64,000 nucleotides of DNA from Eledone cirrhosa (lineage: Eukaryota). Below the pieces are notes generated by a model. That model was given only the letters and a program-made list of their open reading frames with translations. It made no database searches and had not been told where the DNA came from. Made by a program: the position numbers and the translations under genes. This document shows, one piece after another, positions 41,239 to 54,839 of this stretch; the stretch's first letter is position 1, and each line of letters starts with the position of its first letter. The stretch lies in the NCBI GenBank assembly GCA_964016885.1, contig OZ024740.1, positions 360,220,001 to 360,284,000 of the forward strand, read 5' to 3'.

Positions 41239-42370
41239 TGTAGGCGAAATAATGCAATGGTTTAATAGGGAAGATATAACTTACGAATTATGTCTCTAAC
41301 CGTGTAACGCTTTTTAAGTAGATAACTACAATTGAAAATACTAAAGAAATGGAACCAACAATTCAATTTGAAAGTCGTCTAGTGACAGTGTATTACTGGT
41401 ACTTTATTTTATCGACCCCGTAACGATGAAAGGCAAAAATGCAAATGCTTAAAATTTAAATTGCCTTAATTCTATCGTCTGCTGTTTCATTAAAGGGAGA
41501 TTATCGTCTGTATTTAATTCTATCGTCTACTGTTCCACTAAACAGATATACCTCCACTATCGTCTCTATTTATACATTTTAACTTATAACTTATACACAT
41601 TTGATTTGAAATATTTTATCTAGTCCCCCCTCTCAATATTATGATGATTTCTTTCGAATGAAACAGTTCTAGTCCTGTAGAAGCCATTTATATATATAAT
41701 TGAACTGAGTTAAAAATTCACAATATTTATAATTAAATAAGCTCATATATATATGTGTGTATTTATCTGTTTATTGTATTATATATAATGTGTGTATATA
41801 CAGGATGTCCCCCAAAAATATATACACACTTCAACAGCATTCTAATAACTATTGCCTGTACAGGTAATCAAAGTGTCAATCGAATGTTAGTTTCGTGTTT
41901 TAACAGTACAAATTTACAATACACACATAAAACCAGTGTATATACATACATGAGTGTGTATACACATACATGAATGTGTATATACAATATATATGTATAT
42001 ATATATATAGACACATGTATTCACGGTGCAACGGTACATTAAAATATAGATGCGGGAGAGGGGGTGTATATATAGGGGCGCTGGGGATAAAGGAGTGTAA
42101 AGCGTGTGTAATTGATATATTGAAGGAGAGGAGCGTGCAGCGATAGAGTAACAAATATATAGAGAGGGGGAGAGATGGTATTGAAGGGGAGGAGTGCAAA
42201 GCGAAAGAGTAAGAGATATAAATAGAGACGGAACAGATAGAGAGAAACAGGCGTAAGTAACAGTGGAAGAGATATAGAGAGAGGTACTCTGATTGGTTGA
42301 AAATTAGCCAATCACATACGATCACCACCACGGCTATCCCCGAAAAATTTTTAAAGAAGCTAGGCATATA

Positions 42371-42424
42371 TGTTAGAACACGAAAAGTGAACATTCTGTG
42401 TTTCACACTTTTCGTGTTCTAACA
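42371..42424. repeat. Small hairpin with 19-bp arms
   Basis: TGTTAGAACACGAAAAGTG / CACTTTTCGTGTTCTAACA. Confidence 0.75.
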
Positions 42425-42919
42425 GATATATATATACACCCGATACTCTTCACTTCCTCATTGTTGTTTTTTTGTTTTCTGTTTCAACTATAATATATCT
42501 GATTAGTTTTTTTGTTGCCTTGGTATTGAATGGTTGGGTTTTGTCTGCCACAATTTTTAATTTGTCAAGCTATCTAAACGTAATGTTATTACTCTCAGGA
42601 CCTACCCTTATTGAGTGCTTTGCTACTCATTCCTAATTGTATGTTGACTTTGCTTCGATTTTACTAAGCTTCCACTTGTATATATATATATATATATATA
42701 CAGGGAGCAGCGGCTGTTAGGGCAAGACGTGTTTTCTTGGGCTCTGCTAGAGTCAGCAGCAACACACAACCACGTGTTGCTACACACACACAAGAGGAAA
42801 GAGAAAATTTAAAATTTATGAGACCAATAGAGATATGTACATTTATATATTTATATCTAGATATTGCTATTATCATTTACAGTCCCTCTGTGTTTAATGT
42901 ATGTTCATTAGTATATGTG

Positions 42920-43227
42920 TTGTTATTTCTGCTTGCATTTTGCATATATACATATATATATCTATATATATGCTTGCGTGGACCCCTCTCAAAAATTCGT
43001 TGGATTTTTTAATTGGATACCCCGACACTGGATACCAACACTGAATACACCTGAACTTCTACCAGGAAATCTTTCGTTGTTATTTCTGCTTGCATTTTAC
43101 ATATATAGATATATATATCAATGGTTGCGTGGACCCCTCTTAAAGATTCGTTGGATTTTCTAATTGGATACCCCGAAACTGGATACCAATCACTGAATAC
43201 ACCTGAACTTCTACCAGGAAATCTTTC
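42920..43227. repeat. ~155-bp tandem duplication
   Basis: TGTTATTTCTGCTTGCATTTT...CTACCAGGAAATCTTTC occurs twice. Confidence 0.85.
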
Positions 43228-44437
43228 ATATCAGTGAAAATTTTCTTTTCTTTGCTTCATATATATATATTATATATACTTATCCGCCATTGCAAAAGGC
43301 CATAAATTCAAAATTTTGAAGAGAGAGGAAAAGAGAGAAGTGATCTATGAACTTGTAACATCTCACTGACCCCCCGTCACCACAATAACAATAACGCCTA
43401 CACTCGCTCCCCACCATCACCACATTACTCTAAGGTCGCTGTCTTGTCCCCTGTTGACATACTGCTTACTCTCTTTTGATGTATGTATGTGTATATACAT
43501 ATGTGTATGTGTGTGTATATGTATATTTCAGTGGATGCGACCAGATTTCAACACAGCAACAACTACAACAACAACAGCAGCAACACCAACAACAACAACA
43601 ACAGCAACAACACCATCGTCTGTGTTGAATGTGTGTGTGTGTATGTATTTGTATATATGCGACAGCAATAACAGCATCAACACCATTGTCTGCAGCAACA
43701 GCAGCAGTGAAATGAAGGACAACAACAACAGCAACAACGACAACAACTACAATAACAACTACAGCACCAACAACTGCCACCACCATCACTGACTATCCAC
43801 CACCACCACGCTGATACCATCCACCACCACCACGCTGACACCATCCACCACCGCCATTACCAGCGTAAAGCAAACAATTATTATTGTTATTATTATTCGA
43901 GGTTGACTTTGCCTTTCATCCTTACGGGGTCGATAAAATAAAGTACCAGTAATGCACTGGATAATTGCTGGCCTTGTGCCAAAAGAAGAAACAATTATTA
44001 TTATATACAAGCCGAACTGGACTGGGAAAGGTCAACAGTTGACATGATAGTGATTTTGACGATTTTGATTTTGATTTTGATTTTGTATCAGTACTGTCGG
44101 TAATATATGTATATATATATGTGTTTGTGAGTGGTGTGTGTGATTGTATGCATGAATGAGTGTTGGTATGTGTGGTTGTGGTTTGTATGCATGAGTATTG
44201 GTGTGTGAGTCGTGTCAATAAGTTTTTTTTTTTTTTTTTTTTTTTAATGACCATGCTGTAAAATGGAGGGGTAGAGAGAGCCCTTGAGTCTAGTAAGACA
44301 TCCTCTCTAGTGCTGGTGGCACAAATAAAAGCACCCAGTCCATGCTGTAAAGTGGCGCTGGTGTTAGGAAGGGCATCCAACCAGTGTATCAATGCCAAAA
44401 AGCTTATCAGCACAGCAACAAAACAGCATAGGAAAAT

Positions 44438-47400
44438 ATGAAGACGTCGCATCTCAGAGTTGCAACACTTAATGTTGGCACTCTCAGAGGTAGATCTGCT
44501 GAAATAGCGGAGATGCTGGAGAGAAGGCAGGCGGATGTGTGCTGCGTGCAAGAGGTGAGATGGAGAGGTGCCTCTGCGAGACTAGTCGTAGGCAAGCGTC
44601 TTAGCTATAAGCTATTCTGGGTAGGTAAGGATGATGGGTTAGGGGGAGTAGGCATTTTCCTGGCTGAGAAATGGATCAATAAGACAATAGAGGTAGTTCG
44701 AGTTAGTAATCGAATAATTAAGCTTAGATTAGTTGTAGGTAGGAGACTACTGACAATCATCTCGGTCTGTGCTCCCCAAGCAGGCCTAGGCAAAGATGAG
44801 AAAGACTGCTTTTATGAGCAACTTTTGCAAACAACCACAATGACAGAGGACGGAGACATCGTTATGCTAGCAGGAGACTTCAATGGTCATGTTGGACAGC
44901 TCAAGGATGGTTACACTGGGGTACATGGAGGGCACGGTTACGGTTCAAGAAATGAAGAAGGAGTGAGACTTCTTGAATTTTGTGATGCAAGTACATTGAC
45001 TATTTGCAACACAAACTTCCAGAAACCTGCCAATCACCTAATAACCTACAAATCTGGTGAGCACATAAGCCAGATTGACTTCCTGCTAGTTAGGCAGCGG
45101 GACAGGCAGATAGTGTCTAATACCAAGGCATACCCTGGGGAAGAATGTACCCCACAGCATAGGTTAGTTGTTAGTGATATCTCAGTAAGCAAGAGATGGA
45201 ATGAGACATATAGGAAGGTGTGGAGAAGAAAGGTGTGGAAGCTAAAAGACCTTTCACTAAAATACAAATTTAGGAAAGCCCTTCAAGATGTATATGACGA
45301 AAAAGAAGACGATTTAGAGACGTATGACATAGATAATAACTGGAAGTTCTTACGTGACAACTTGCTGCAGGCTACTGATGAAACCTGTGGCTGGAGCAGA
45401 GCTCCAACCAGACAGAGAGTGACCTGGTGGTGGAACAGCACAGTAGATAAGGCTATTAGAGACAAAAGTCTAGCATGGAAGGCTTGGAAAAAGGGTGGGA
45501 GTAGGGAAGAATATACAGCCACTAAGAGAGAAGCTAGACGTCAGGTGTACTTAGCACGCAGGGAGGCAGAGAGTAGGAGGTTTGCCAATGTTCTGCGACG
45601 GGAAGATCAGAGGCGTGCGGTGTTCCACATTGCAAGGCAGTGTGTCAATGCAAATCAGGATGTTGGAGATAAATGTGTCCGGGATGATGCCGGTGTACTT
45701 AGTGTCACGAATGACCAGAAAAAGGAGGCCTGGAAATGTCATTATGAGAGACTGATGAATGTGGAGAACGAATGAGAGAGAGAGAAATTACCCTTGGTAG
45801 ATCCGACAGAGGGACCAGCTATTGAGATTGACGAATATAGGGTCCAAGAGGCGATTAGGGAAATGAAAAATGGTAAGGCGGCCGGACCATCGGGAATAGT
45901 TGCTGAGATGCTGAAGGCATCAGGGGACGTAGGCACTAAACTGGTTGCACGCATCATCAATCAGGCTATATATGGTGGTGTCATACCCAAAGATTGGTGC
46001 AGCAGTATTCTCATAAATTGCTACAAAGGTAAAGGGGATGCTCTGGAGAGGAGCAATTATAGGGGTATAAAACTGATAGATCAGGTTATGAAAGTGGCAG
46101 AAAGGATATTAGCACAACTAATTAGAGAAAGGGTCAAACTAGATGAGATGCAGTTTGGTTTTGTGCCTGGGAAGAGTACAACAGATGCCCTCTTCTTGGT
46201 GAGACAATTGCAAGAGTGGTTCCTAGAGAAGAATAAGCCACTATACTTAGCCTTTGTTGATCTAGAGAAGACCTTTGACAGGATACCCCGATCTGTCATC
46301 TGGTGGTCCCTAAGGAAGCTAGGTGTTGAGGAATGGCTTGTGAGGACAGTGCAAACTTTATGCAGAGGTACTCTCAGTAAAGTCAGGGTAGGAATGGAGT
46401 TTAGTGAGGAATTCCAGATACAAGTAGGAGTACATCAGGGTTCGGTCCTCAGCCTGCTCTTGTTCATTATAGTCCTCCAAGCCATAACAGAGGAGTTTAA
46501 GACTGGCTGTCCATGGGAACTTCTCTATGCTGACGATCTGGCTCTTATAGCAGAATCAGTAGAGGAGCTAGAGAATAGATTCCGGCTATGGAAACAGCAG
46601 TTGGAAGCAAGAGGACTGAGAGTAAATCTAGCTAAGACAAAAGTGTTGATGAGTAGAAAAGAGGACAAAACCCTGATTCCGTCAGGGAAATGGCCATGTT
46701 TGATATGCAGAAAAGGAACTGGCATAAATTCTATAAAATGCACACAATGCAGGTCCTGGGTACACAAGAGATGTAGCGGGATAGCAGGCAAACTAACAGG
46801 TAGGGAGAAATATGTATGCAGTAGATGTACAGGGAAATTAGACAGTAGAAGTCGCACTGATAGACACATTTTTCAAATGCGAGAGGGCGCTATAGAAGTG
46901 GTGTATAGCTTCCGGTACCTAGGAGATCAGATTAGCATGGGAGGAGGGTGTTCCGAGGCCATAGTATCTAGAATAAGGACGGGTTGGAAGAAGTTTAGGG
47001 AGCTGCTTCCTCTGTTGACGAAGAAGGGTTTCTCCCTGCGTACGAAAGGCCGGTTGTATGATGCCTGTGTGAGGAGCGCGATGCTGCATGGTAGTGAGAG
47101 ATGGGCAGCAACCGCAGAGGATATGCGACGGCTGGAGAGAAATGAGGCAAGCATGCTCCGTTGGATGTGCAGTGTAAATGTGCGTGAACGACCCAGCATA
47201 AATGTGTTGAGAGAGAAACTGTGTCTGAGAGGGTTAGAATGTAGTGTACGGGAGAGGAGACTGAGGTGGTATGGACATGTGATGCGCATGGAGGATGACC
47301 GATGGGTGAAGAAGTGCCAGGAAATGCCAGTTGAAGGAAGACGTGGTAGAGGTAGACCACGAAAAACATGGGCGGAGGTGGTGAGAACAGACCTCAGATC

Positions 47401-47503
47401 ATTGAAGCTCACGGTGGAGATGACGAGGGACCGTGACGAGTGGAGAGATGCTGTGCTGAATAAGACCCGTCCCACCCTTGCAAGCAGGGAAAAGCGGACG
47501 TAA
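44438..47503 (+). pseudogene. Near-intact RTE ORF (APE, RT, PHD-like finger) with one in-frame TGA at 45773-45775
   Basis: ORFs 44438-45775 and 45794-47503 share a frame; ENE*ERE versus ENKWEKD in the intact copy; (GAT)n tail to about 47522. Confidence 0.93.
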
Positions 47504-47557
47504 AATGATGATGATGATGATGATATATATACTTCAATGGGAATATGCATATATATA

Positions 47558-47907
47558 TCATCATCATCATCATTTTACGTCCGCTTTTCCCTGCTTGCAA
47601 GGGTGGGACGGGAACTGATTCTGGCTTGATTTCTACAGCTGGATGCCCTTCCTAACACCAACCTCATTTACAGTGAGTGCTGGGTGCTTTTTTCCGTGGC
47701 ACCTACACATCCACTTTACAGTGGCACCCCCACAACCACTTTGCAGTGGAATGATAGTCATATCATCTCGTTTCTACAGCTGAGTAAACTGGAGCAATGT
47801 GAAATAAAGTGTCTTGCTCAAGGAAACTACACATCACCCGGTCTGAGAATTGAACTCACAACCTTTCGATTGCAAGGCCAATGCTCTAACCACTAAACTA
47901 TATGCCT

Positions 47908-47910
<3 letters not shown>
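47558..47910 (-). mobile_element. tRNA-head, CORE-like SINE with RTE-derived body and tail
   Basis: Head TGGAGGCA..AGTGGTTAGAGC..GAGTTCAATTC, then CCTTGAGCAAGACACTT; tail identical to the RTE end at 47466-47520. Confidence 0.85.
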
Positions 47911-47965
<55 letters not shown>

Positions 47966-47970
<5 letters not shown>

Positions 47971-48790
47971 TGAAAAAGAACAAAGGAACTATTATGACAT
48001 TACAACAAGTTTATTGCCGACAGCCGTTTCGTCCGACCATATGGTGGGACTTTTCAAGGCATATAACATGTGATTGTAAGATCATTATTTACATCAACGT
48101 ATCACTCAAGGCTAGCCGTTTGAAATTGTGGTATACATCAGCAGCTCCGCTTGTATAGTTGGGGTCTATATTCTAAGGGGGCTCTTTTATATTAGTTGTC
48201 GGGGTCAGGGATTGAAGGTTAAAAATTAGATAATATATAATTTACGCATTAAAAGTAAACTAAAAGACTTGGGATGCCGTAGAAGCACCTTAAAAAATCC
48301 CTCAATAAGTGCATAAAGCTTACAGGCTCCAATAAACCTAATAAACTAGAAGAAATTAAGAGGCTAATAAAATAAAAAAATAAAAATATAAAGTTTCCCT
48401 AAAAAATATAAAGTTTCCTATGAAATTCCTTCGAGAGAAAAAAAATTTTTTCCGAAAGAAAAAAACTTTCTTCCCCCGAGAGACCCCAACTATACAAGCG
48501 GAGCTGCTGATGTATACCACAATTTCAAACTGCTAGCCTTGAGTGATACGTTGATGTAAATAATGATCTTACAATCACATGTTATATGCCTTGAAAAGTC
48601 CCACATATGGTCGGACGAAACGGCTGTCGGCAATAAACTTGTTGTAATGTCATAATAGTTCCTTTGTTCTTTTTCACTAATATTTCTGCTCTGCTTATAC
48701 GCATAGAGCTTAACTAGCTACCGTCACATATTTGGTAGGTCAGACGTGATCATCGCGATTCACATACGACCTACCATACATCTTGCTTAT
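47966..48790 (+). mobile_element. PLE-type terminus with ~200-bp inverted repeat (47966-48167 / 48481-48682)
   Basis: Arms seen directly; an HHR in each; (TA)n flanks. Confidence 0.8.
48587..48632 (+). ncRNA. Hammerhead with U3-A8 core variant (mirror copy 48015-48061 on -)
   Basis: TGCC-TTGAAAA-GTCC..GGAC-GAAA-C GGCT G-TC-GGCA. Confidence 0.75.
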
Positions 48791-48804
48791 ATATATATAT
48801 GTAT

Positions 48805-49585
48805 AAATGGAAAAAATGAAACTAAATTTCATTTCTCACTCTTTTAAATATAAGTATGTATACGTACATACATATATGTATACAGACGTACAGTAGTATG
48901 TATATATATACATACATGCACACATATATATATATATACGTATGGATTTCCCGAGTATTTATTATAATGCTCGGTTTGTTTGTAAACAAACATCCCGAAA
49001 TAAGCCGTACAGTGTTTAGCAACCATTGTTGCCCTTTTGTTCAACACTGACAAAGGAACGATGTACTAGTTTCAAGCTTATTAGCTATCGTCAGCACCGT
49101 ATACCTTCCTGCCAGATGATTGAACGTCTGAAAGTATATACTTTCCTTATGCATATTAACGGCTGAGCAGCCTAATTTGCATATCGAGTGAGTTAATCGG
49201 CCAGGCGCACCGAAAACGACAAATGGAAAAAATGAAACTAAATTTCATTTTTCACTCTTAGTACGGCTGTTACTTAAATATAAGTATGCATACGTACATA
49301 CATATATGTATACAGACGTACAGTAGTATGTATATACATACATACATGCACACATATATATGTACGTATGGATTTACCGAGCATTTATTATAATACTCGG
49401 TTTGTTTGTAAACAAACATCCCGAATTAAACTGTACAGTGTTTAGCAACAATCGTTGCCCTTTTGTTCAACACTGACAAAGGAACGATGTACTAGTTTCA
49501 AGCTTATTAGCTATCGTCAGCACCGTATACCTTCCTACCAGATGATTGAACGTCTGAAAGTATATACTTTCCTTATGCATATTAA
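48805..49585 (-). repeat. Tandem ~420-bp repeat, each unit with a minimal hammerhead (49059-49099 and 49485-49525)
   Basis: CGGTG-CTGACGA-TAGCT AATA AGCTT-GAAA-C TA G-TA-CATCG is identical in both units. Confidence 0.85.
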
Positions 49586-50319
49586 TACACCTTGGTAAAT
49601 ATACGATTAGCTAAACAGTGACATATACAGGTACTTAAGTTTCATTGGGTTATACACTCCAACTCATTCAGCCTCTTATATAAAATAAAAATGGCTACCT
49701 ACACAGATTATTTAGAAAAAAATGGAGAGCTCTTCAATGGCAGGTAATCTCGGATTTAACTATAAATAAACAAATCTTTCAGAAAATGTAAAGGGAGGTA
49801 ACTATAAAAAAACTACAAAGAGTGGCAATTTTACAAAGTTAGTAATTCTCAGAAATTAAATTCCTTGAAATTAAAATCAGTTAATCTAGTCTATACCATT
49901 TTCTCAGAAAGAATTTCACTTCGTGTGGACGGCAACTAAAGCAGGCGAGTCAGGTATTTAAGAAGTGTTTCTCTGAAGCCAGTTGAGAGAGTATATTCCA
50001 CTTTTCCGAGTTACATGGCCAGAAAAATTGTAACATATGTCCTGGCTTCCCAGCCCCATTCCCCACCATAACATAGTCCAATGAAAGCACAGGAGAATGA
50101 CATTGTTCAACCTAATGCCATAACCTACATACCTAACACCCATACGGGTAACACCTTTCCACTGATAACTGCACCACTAACACCCCGTCACCCACTGTTA
50201 CCTGCACCATTAACACACCCCACCGCCACTAACACCTACCACTGAGATTTGTACCATTAACATCCCTCTCCATCATCACCAACAATAACAGGCTGGAAAG
50301 AAATATTCATAATATAAAT

Positions 50320-51055
50320 AAGATCACGATGCAAACGCGCAGCTCTGGGCGATCATGCTGACCTTCTTGTCAGATGTGGAAAGCAAGCACCAAGCCATCC
50401 TCCACCCGCAGCCCCAGGCACACAGTGTCCCTTCCCTGAGACTTCAGAGCTCAACTATCAACGTAGAGACGCTGAAAGGTAGGTCAGGTGAGATTGTGGA
50501 GATGCTTGAGCAAAAGAAAGTTGACGTATGTTGTATGCAAGTGTTCAGACTGAGAGAAGAATCTTCCAGACTCCTAAAGAAAACAACCTTTAAAATTTTT
50601 CTGAAATGGTAAAGATAACGGGCAAGGCAGAGTAGGTATTATGCTAGCAGAAAAATGGATGGGCAAGGTAATTGCAGTAAACAGAATAAACGACAGAATC
50701 ATTACACTTAGGCTAATCCTAAATAGAACAATGGTATCAACCATGTCTGTTTATGCACCTCAGTTCGGACTGCCAGATGAACAAAAAGACTTGTTCAACA
50801 AATTCCTAATAAGTACAACCTCCCAAATCAGAAACGATGACTTTACCATTATTGCAAGCGATTTCAACAGATATGTGGGGCGACAAAGTGGTGGATACTA
50901 AGGGGTCCATGGAGGTTTAGAGTTTGGAATAAGAAATGAAGAAGGACTGAAACTCCTGGAATTCTGCGACTCGAACGAACTGACTGTCTACAACACAAAC
51001 TTTAAGAAACCAGCAAACCAACTGATCACCTTGGGACCACTCAGATCCCAAATTA
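50320..51055 (+). mobile_element. Decayed RTE 5' (APE) fragment
   Basis: TINVETLKGRSGEIVEMLE, SVYAPQ, ASDFN. Confidence 0.85.
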
Positions 51056-51290
51056 AGGTGTGTTTCATATATTCTCTGCAATCGATTATATCTCCCATGA
51101 AGGATTATGTCACATTTACCATGCTCTTCGCCAGGTACTATAATAACAACTTCATTACATTCAAGTGCATTATGCTCTCCCGGTGGTCTCTTGTCAACAT
51201 TTATCAGTATTTTGAGTTCTTCTACAGCTCCATTTTCTAGGACATATTTGAAACTTCTAATATAGCTGTTTCTTCTATGTAACATGTAGT
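51056..51290 (-). pseudogene. Helitron RepHel N-terminal fragment
   Basis: NSYIRSFK...DKRPPGEH...NEVVIIVPGEE...DIILHGR..LQRIYETH. Confidence 0.75.
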
Positions 51291-51423
51291 TGCAATATGA
51301 TTCATATTTTGTTTCTTTATTCCTTTTACATCTTGTCTTTGCTTAGTTTTTCATACAAACATATATATATGTACATATATAATAAATAACAAAGAACGCC
51401 TATAGCATATGCATATCTTTACT

Positions 51424-51469
51424 TGCTAACATTGTTTCATCCGCACTATAAGTGGGACTCATCAGAGCA
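51424..51469 (-). ncRNA. Type I hammerhead ribozyme
   Basis: TGCT-CTGATGA-GTCC CACT TATA GTGC GGAT-GAAA-C AAT G-TT-AGCA. Confidence 0.8.
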
Positions 51470-52062
51470 TAAAGGTTAATTACATACCACACAAGCAATA
51501 ACAAATCCAAGACATTGAAGAATGAAAAATAATAGAAGATAAAGGATATTAAGGAAGTAAAAGTAAAAATAAAAATAAAAATAAAAATAAAAATAAAAAT
51601 AAAAATAAAAATAAAAATAAAAATAAAAATAAAAATAAAAATAAAAATAATAAAATAAACAATGGAAAATAAGGGGTGCTATCAGTCACAGTTGGGCGGG
51701 GTGCTGTCAACATATAGTTACATACAAGCATACACATGGATAAGAGAACAGACAAGAGTAGATAAGATAGATAGGATTAGGTAAGAGTAGGTAAAAAATA
51801 GGTGAAAAACAGACTTATAATATATATAAGAAAATATAAAAAAAAAAAAATATATATATATAACAAACATACATATAAAATATAAAATATACAGATAATA
51901 GTGATACAGGGTAAGGAATGAAATAAAATAATATAAAATTAAAATTATATAAAATAGAACATAATATAATATAATCATAAAATAAGATACAATAAGGTAA
52001 ACTAAAATAAAATAAAATAGACTAAAGTAAAATAATATAATATAAGATATAATTAAATGTAA

Positions 52063-52098
<36 letters not shown>

Positions 52099-53689
52099 AT
52101 TAAATAAATAAATAAAATTAAAATTAAAATTAAAATTAAATAAATAAATAAATAAATAAATAAGTAAATAAATAAATAAATGAATGAATGAAATTAAATA
52201 AATAAATAAATAAAATTAAATAAAATGAAATGAAATAAAATAAAATAAAATAAAGTAAATTGAGATAAGATATATATTTTTTTAGAATATATCTCTTGAA
52301 TATATCAGGGGCCCACGAAGGCACTAAGTGTCACAGTTATCCGTATCACTTGACCATTTTTTTAGAATATATTTCTTGAAAATATCAGGGGCCCACGAAG
52401 GCACTAAGTGTCACAGTCACCAGTATCACTTGACCATTGCAAGGCAATGGAGGCGTCCCAGGTTGGGCAGTCTCAAAAGTTCACTCGAAAGTCACGGGTG
52501 TGCATTCACACAGTTGAGCGGTGGGGTAATCACAAACCGGTTCACACCCGGGCAGGAGTCCAATGGTCAAGCAGAGGTACATCGAAGGAAGGTAGGAGAA
52601 TTCACGTGCAGTAGCAAGAGGCCGAAAGCAAGGTGCAGGCGGGTTAGCCAAAGCAAGCAGACACAGTTGGAGCGCATACAAAAGATATATAAAAAGACAA
52701 AAGATATATAAAAAATAGCTTCAAGAGCCATGAAGTCACCGCATTGGGACATCACAAGATTATACACACCAATATGTTCAGCACGTATATGCACATATAC
52801 ACACCACATGCATATGCAGAGACGGTATACATATATATATATATTTTTATATACAGACATATACAACCACCTACACCCATACACATATAAATGTATACAC
52901 AGACACACACGCACACACACACAGCGTAGGACACCCGGGTCAAAGCTGATATTAAACACAGAAATACCACATTAGGCAAGACCCACCACCACGGATAATA
53001 CATTCAAAATAAATACATACGATGAGATGTAGTAAAATAAAATTGAATTCCTACGGAGATAATCATGTCCGCATGTGCCATTGCCCGATTTAAGTGTACA
53101 CAGACCGTTAGTAACTACGGAGGGCTATCGGGGCCAAAACGTTACTTTCGGGATCATAACAACGACCGTCAATATATGGAAGGCCGATCGTGCTAGAAAG
53201 ACTACAACCCCGGGCAAGAGCTCCCAGAAGTCAGCCTGTAGATCTTAAACCACAGAATAGGAGGGCAACACGTACATGCGCCACGTATCTACTGCTTACG
53301 GCGAGATGGCACAGGTCCGCCCACAGTTACAGGCTAAATTTCTATTAGTGCAGCCTATATCACAGTACACGCTTTACATAGATACATTACATCACAACTC
53401 ATGCGCATACAGAGGTACAGATCCACAAGATACACGTCAGGATAGACCCACCAATGCACCAATGGTGGGTAGGCGAGCGTGGATGGGTTACATCCGCTGT
53501 GCCAAACAGGGGTGCTTATTAACATACACACCCACTCACCTGTACACCCCAATATCCAGATCAATATCCTCCCGCAGGCATACGTATACACTCACCGACT
53601 CATATACATAGAAGACAAACAATAGGAGACAGTTACACACAATCAGAGATAGTTACACAAGATAGCCCAACTGGAGAAATAAGGAAGTG

Positions 53690-54733
53690 CTAGCTAATAG
53701 GTTTAAAGTAGAAGAAAGAGCTTAATATTCGGTGGGGGCAAGAGGAAAATATTTCTGACTTTCTATTTAGTAGAGGGCATTTAGCAAATATAATAGAGTG
53801 GGATTCGGCAAGGCATAGGTTACATACTCTATTATGAGGAGTATATGGATGGGATTTAGCAACCTGCCGCCAAGTAAGTGTGTAATGTGTTCGTGCATTT
53901 TTTAAATTGTGGACGTACGCTGCCAAGGAGGTGGAGTTCCTCAGTTTATTATGTCTAAAAGTGCAATGGTGAGAGTTAAACCTGGTCTTAAAGGGGGTGG
54001 AGGTTAATCCTATATAGGTTTTAGTGGACGCCGTAATTACCACATCACACGCATAAACTATGTTTCTAACAAGGCAGAAACCATTCAGGGGGCAGCCTGA
54101 AGCCCTTCTACAGTTACAACTTCTGGTGATGCTATTCTCAGAATGATCACCACTTGTGTTTCGGCCCACTCTGTCCACCACCGTGTTTTCCCCTAGGCTT
54201 AGGTTGTCCAGGCCTTCCTTTATTTTCTTATTATTAGTAATGGCCAGATGAGAGGCCAGATTTTGGGTTGTAGAATACGAAAGTTTAACAACATTCTTAT
54301 TGAGGATAGAGTGGTACCTATTACCAGGAGGGAAGTTCCTTTCTAACACAGAGAAGAAGGCCCTAGGAATATTTATAGCCACTTCAGAATTAAAAGGGGG
54401 GTTGAAGTATGTATTCAATCTTCTTCTATTCTTTTTATTCTTTCTATTTCCATCAGTATTATTAGCATTATTATTTCTACGGTTACTATGCTCACCTAGT
54501 CTATGCGGGGAGCTGCGAGGCCTACCATTGCTATTACTTAGACTAATGGTGCCCTGCTGGTTCATTCCACCGGCATTTAGAAACCTCCCATTCGTGACAC
54601 CTCTATTGCTATTACTTAGACTAATGGTGCCCTGCTGCTTCATTCCACCGGCATTTAGAACCCTCCCATTCGCGACACCTCCATTACCAATGGACATATT
54701 ATGTGTTATAACAACACTGGTAGAGCTGTACAT
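53690..54733 (-). CDS. PLE ORF C-terminus: linker plus GIY-YIG endonuclease (Nematis-like); the annotated ATG is probably fortuitous
   Basis: YFNPPF, VKLSYS, CNC..CPL..C, IVYAC..TYIGLT..FKTRF..H, CNLCLAE..LLNRKSE..CPH. Confidence 0.88.
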   Translation of the reverse strand: MYSSTSVVITHNMSIGNGGVANGRVLNAGGMKQQGTISLSNSNRGVTNGRFLNAGGMNQQGTISLSNSNGRPRSSPHRLGEHSNRRNNNANNTDGNRKNKKNRRRLNTYFNPPFNSEVAINIPRAFFSVLERNFPPGNRYHSILNKNVVKLSYSTTQNLASHLAITNNKKIKEGLDNLSLGENTVVDRVGRNTSGDHSENSITRSCNCRRASGCPLNGFCLVRNIVYACDVVITASTKTYIGLTSTPFKTRFNSHHCTFRHNKLRNSTSLAAYVHNLKNARTHYTLTWRQVAKSHPYTPHNRVCNLCLAESHSIIFAKCPLLNRKSEIFSSCPHRILSSFFYFKPIS

Positions 54734-54772
54734 ATGTATATGTACATATGTATATATGTGTACGTATGTATG

Positions 54773-54837
<65 letters not shown>

Positions 54838-54839
<2 letters not shown>

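Larger units (their letters stand above)
51320..54733 (-). mobile_element. 5'-truncated Penelope-like element with ~2.3-kb 3' region ending in an HHR
   Basis: GIY-YIG ORF, then a long AT-rich UTR, then an HHR at 51424-51469 on the same strand. Continuity is inferred. Confidence 0.7.

Noticed and set aside
41798-41860. Tc1/mariner-like end TA|CAGGATGTCC
   Set aside because: No matching opposite TIR was found.
45773-45775. Selenocysteine or programmed readthrough
   Set aside because: The position is Trp in the paralog, and the 3' UTR is too short to show a SECIS.
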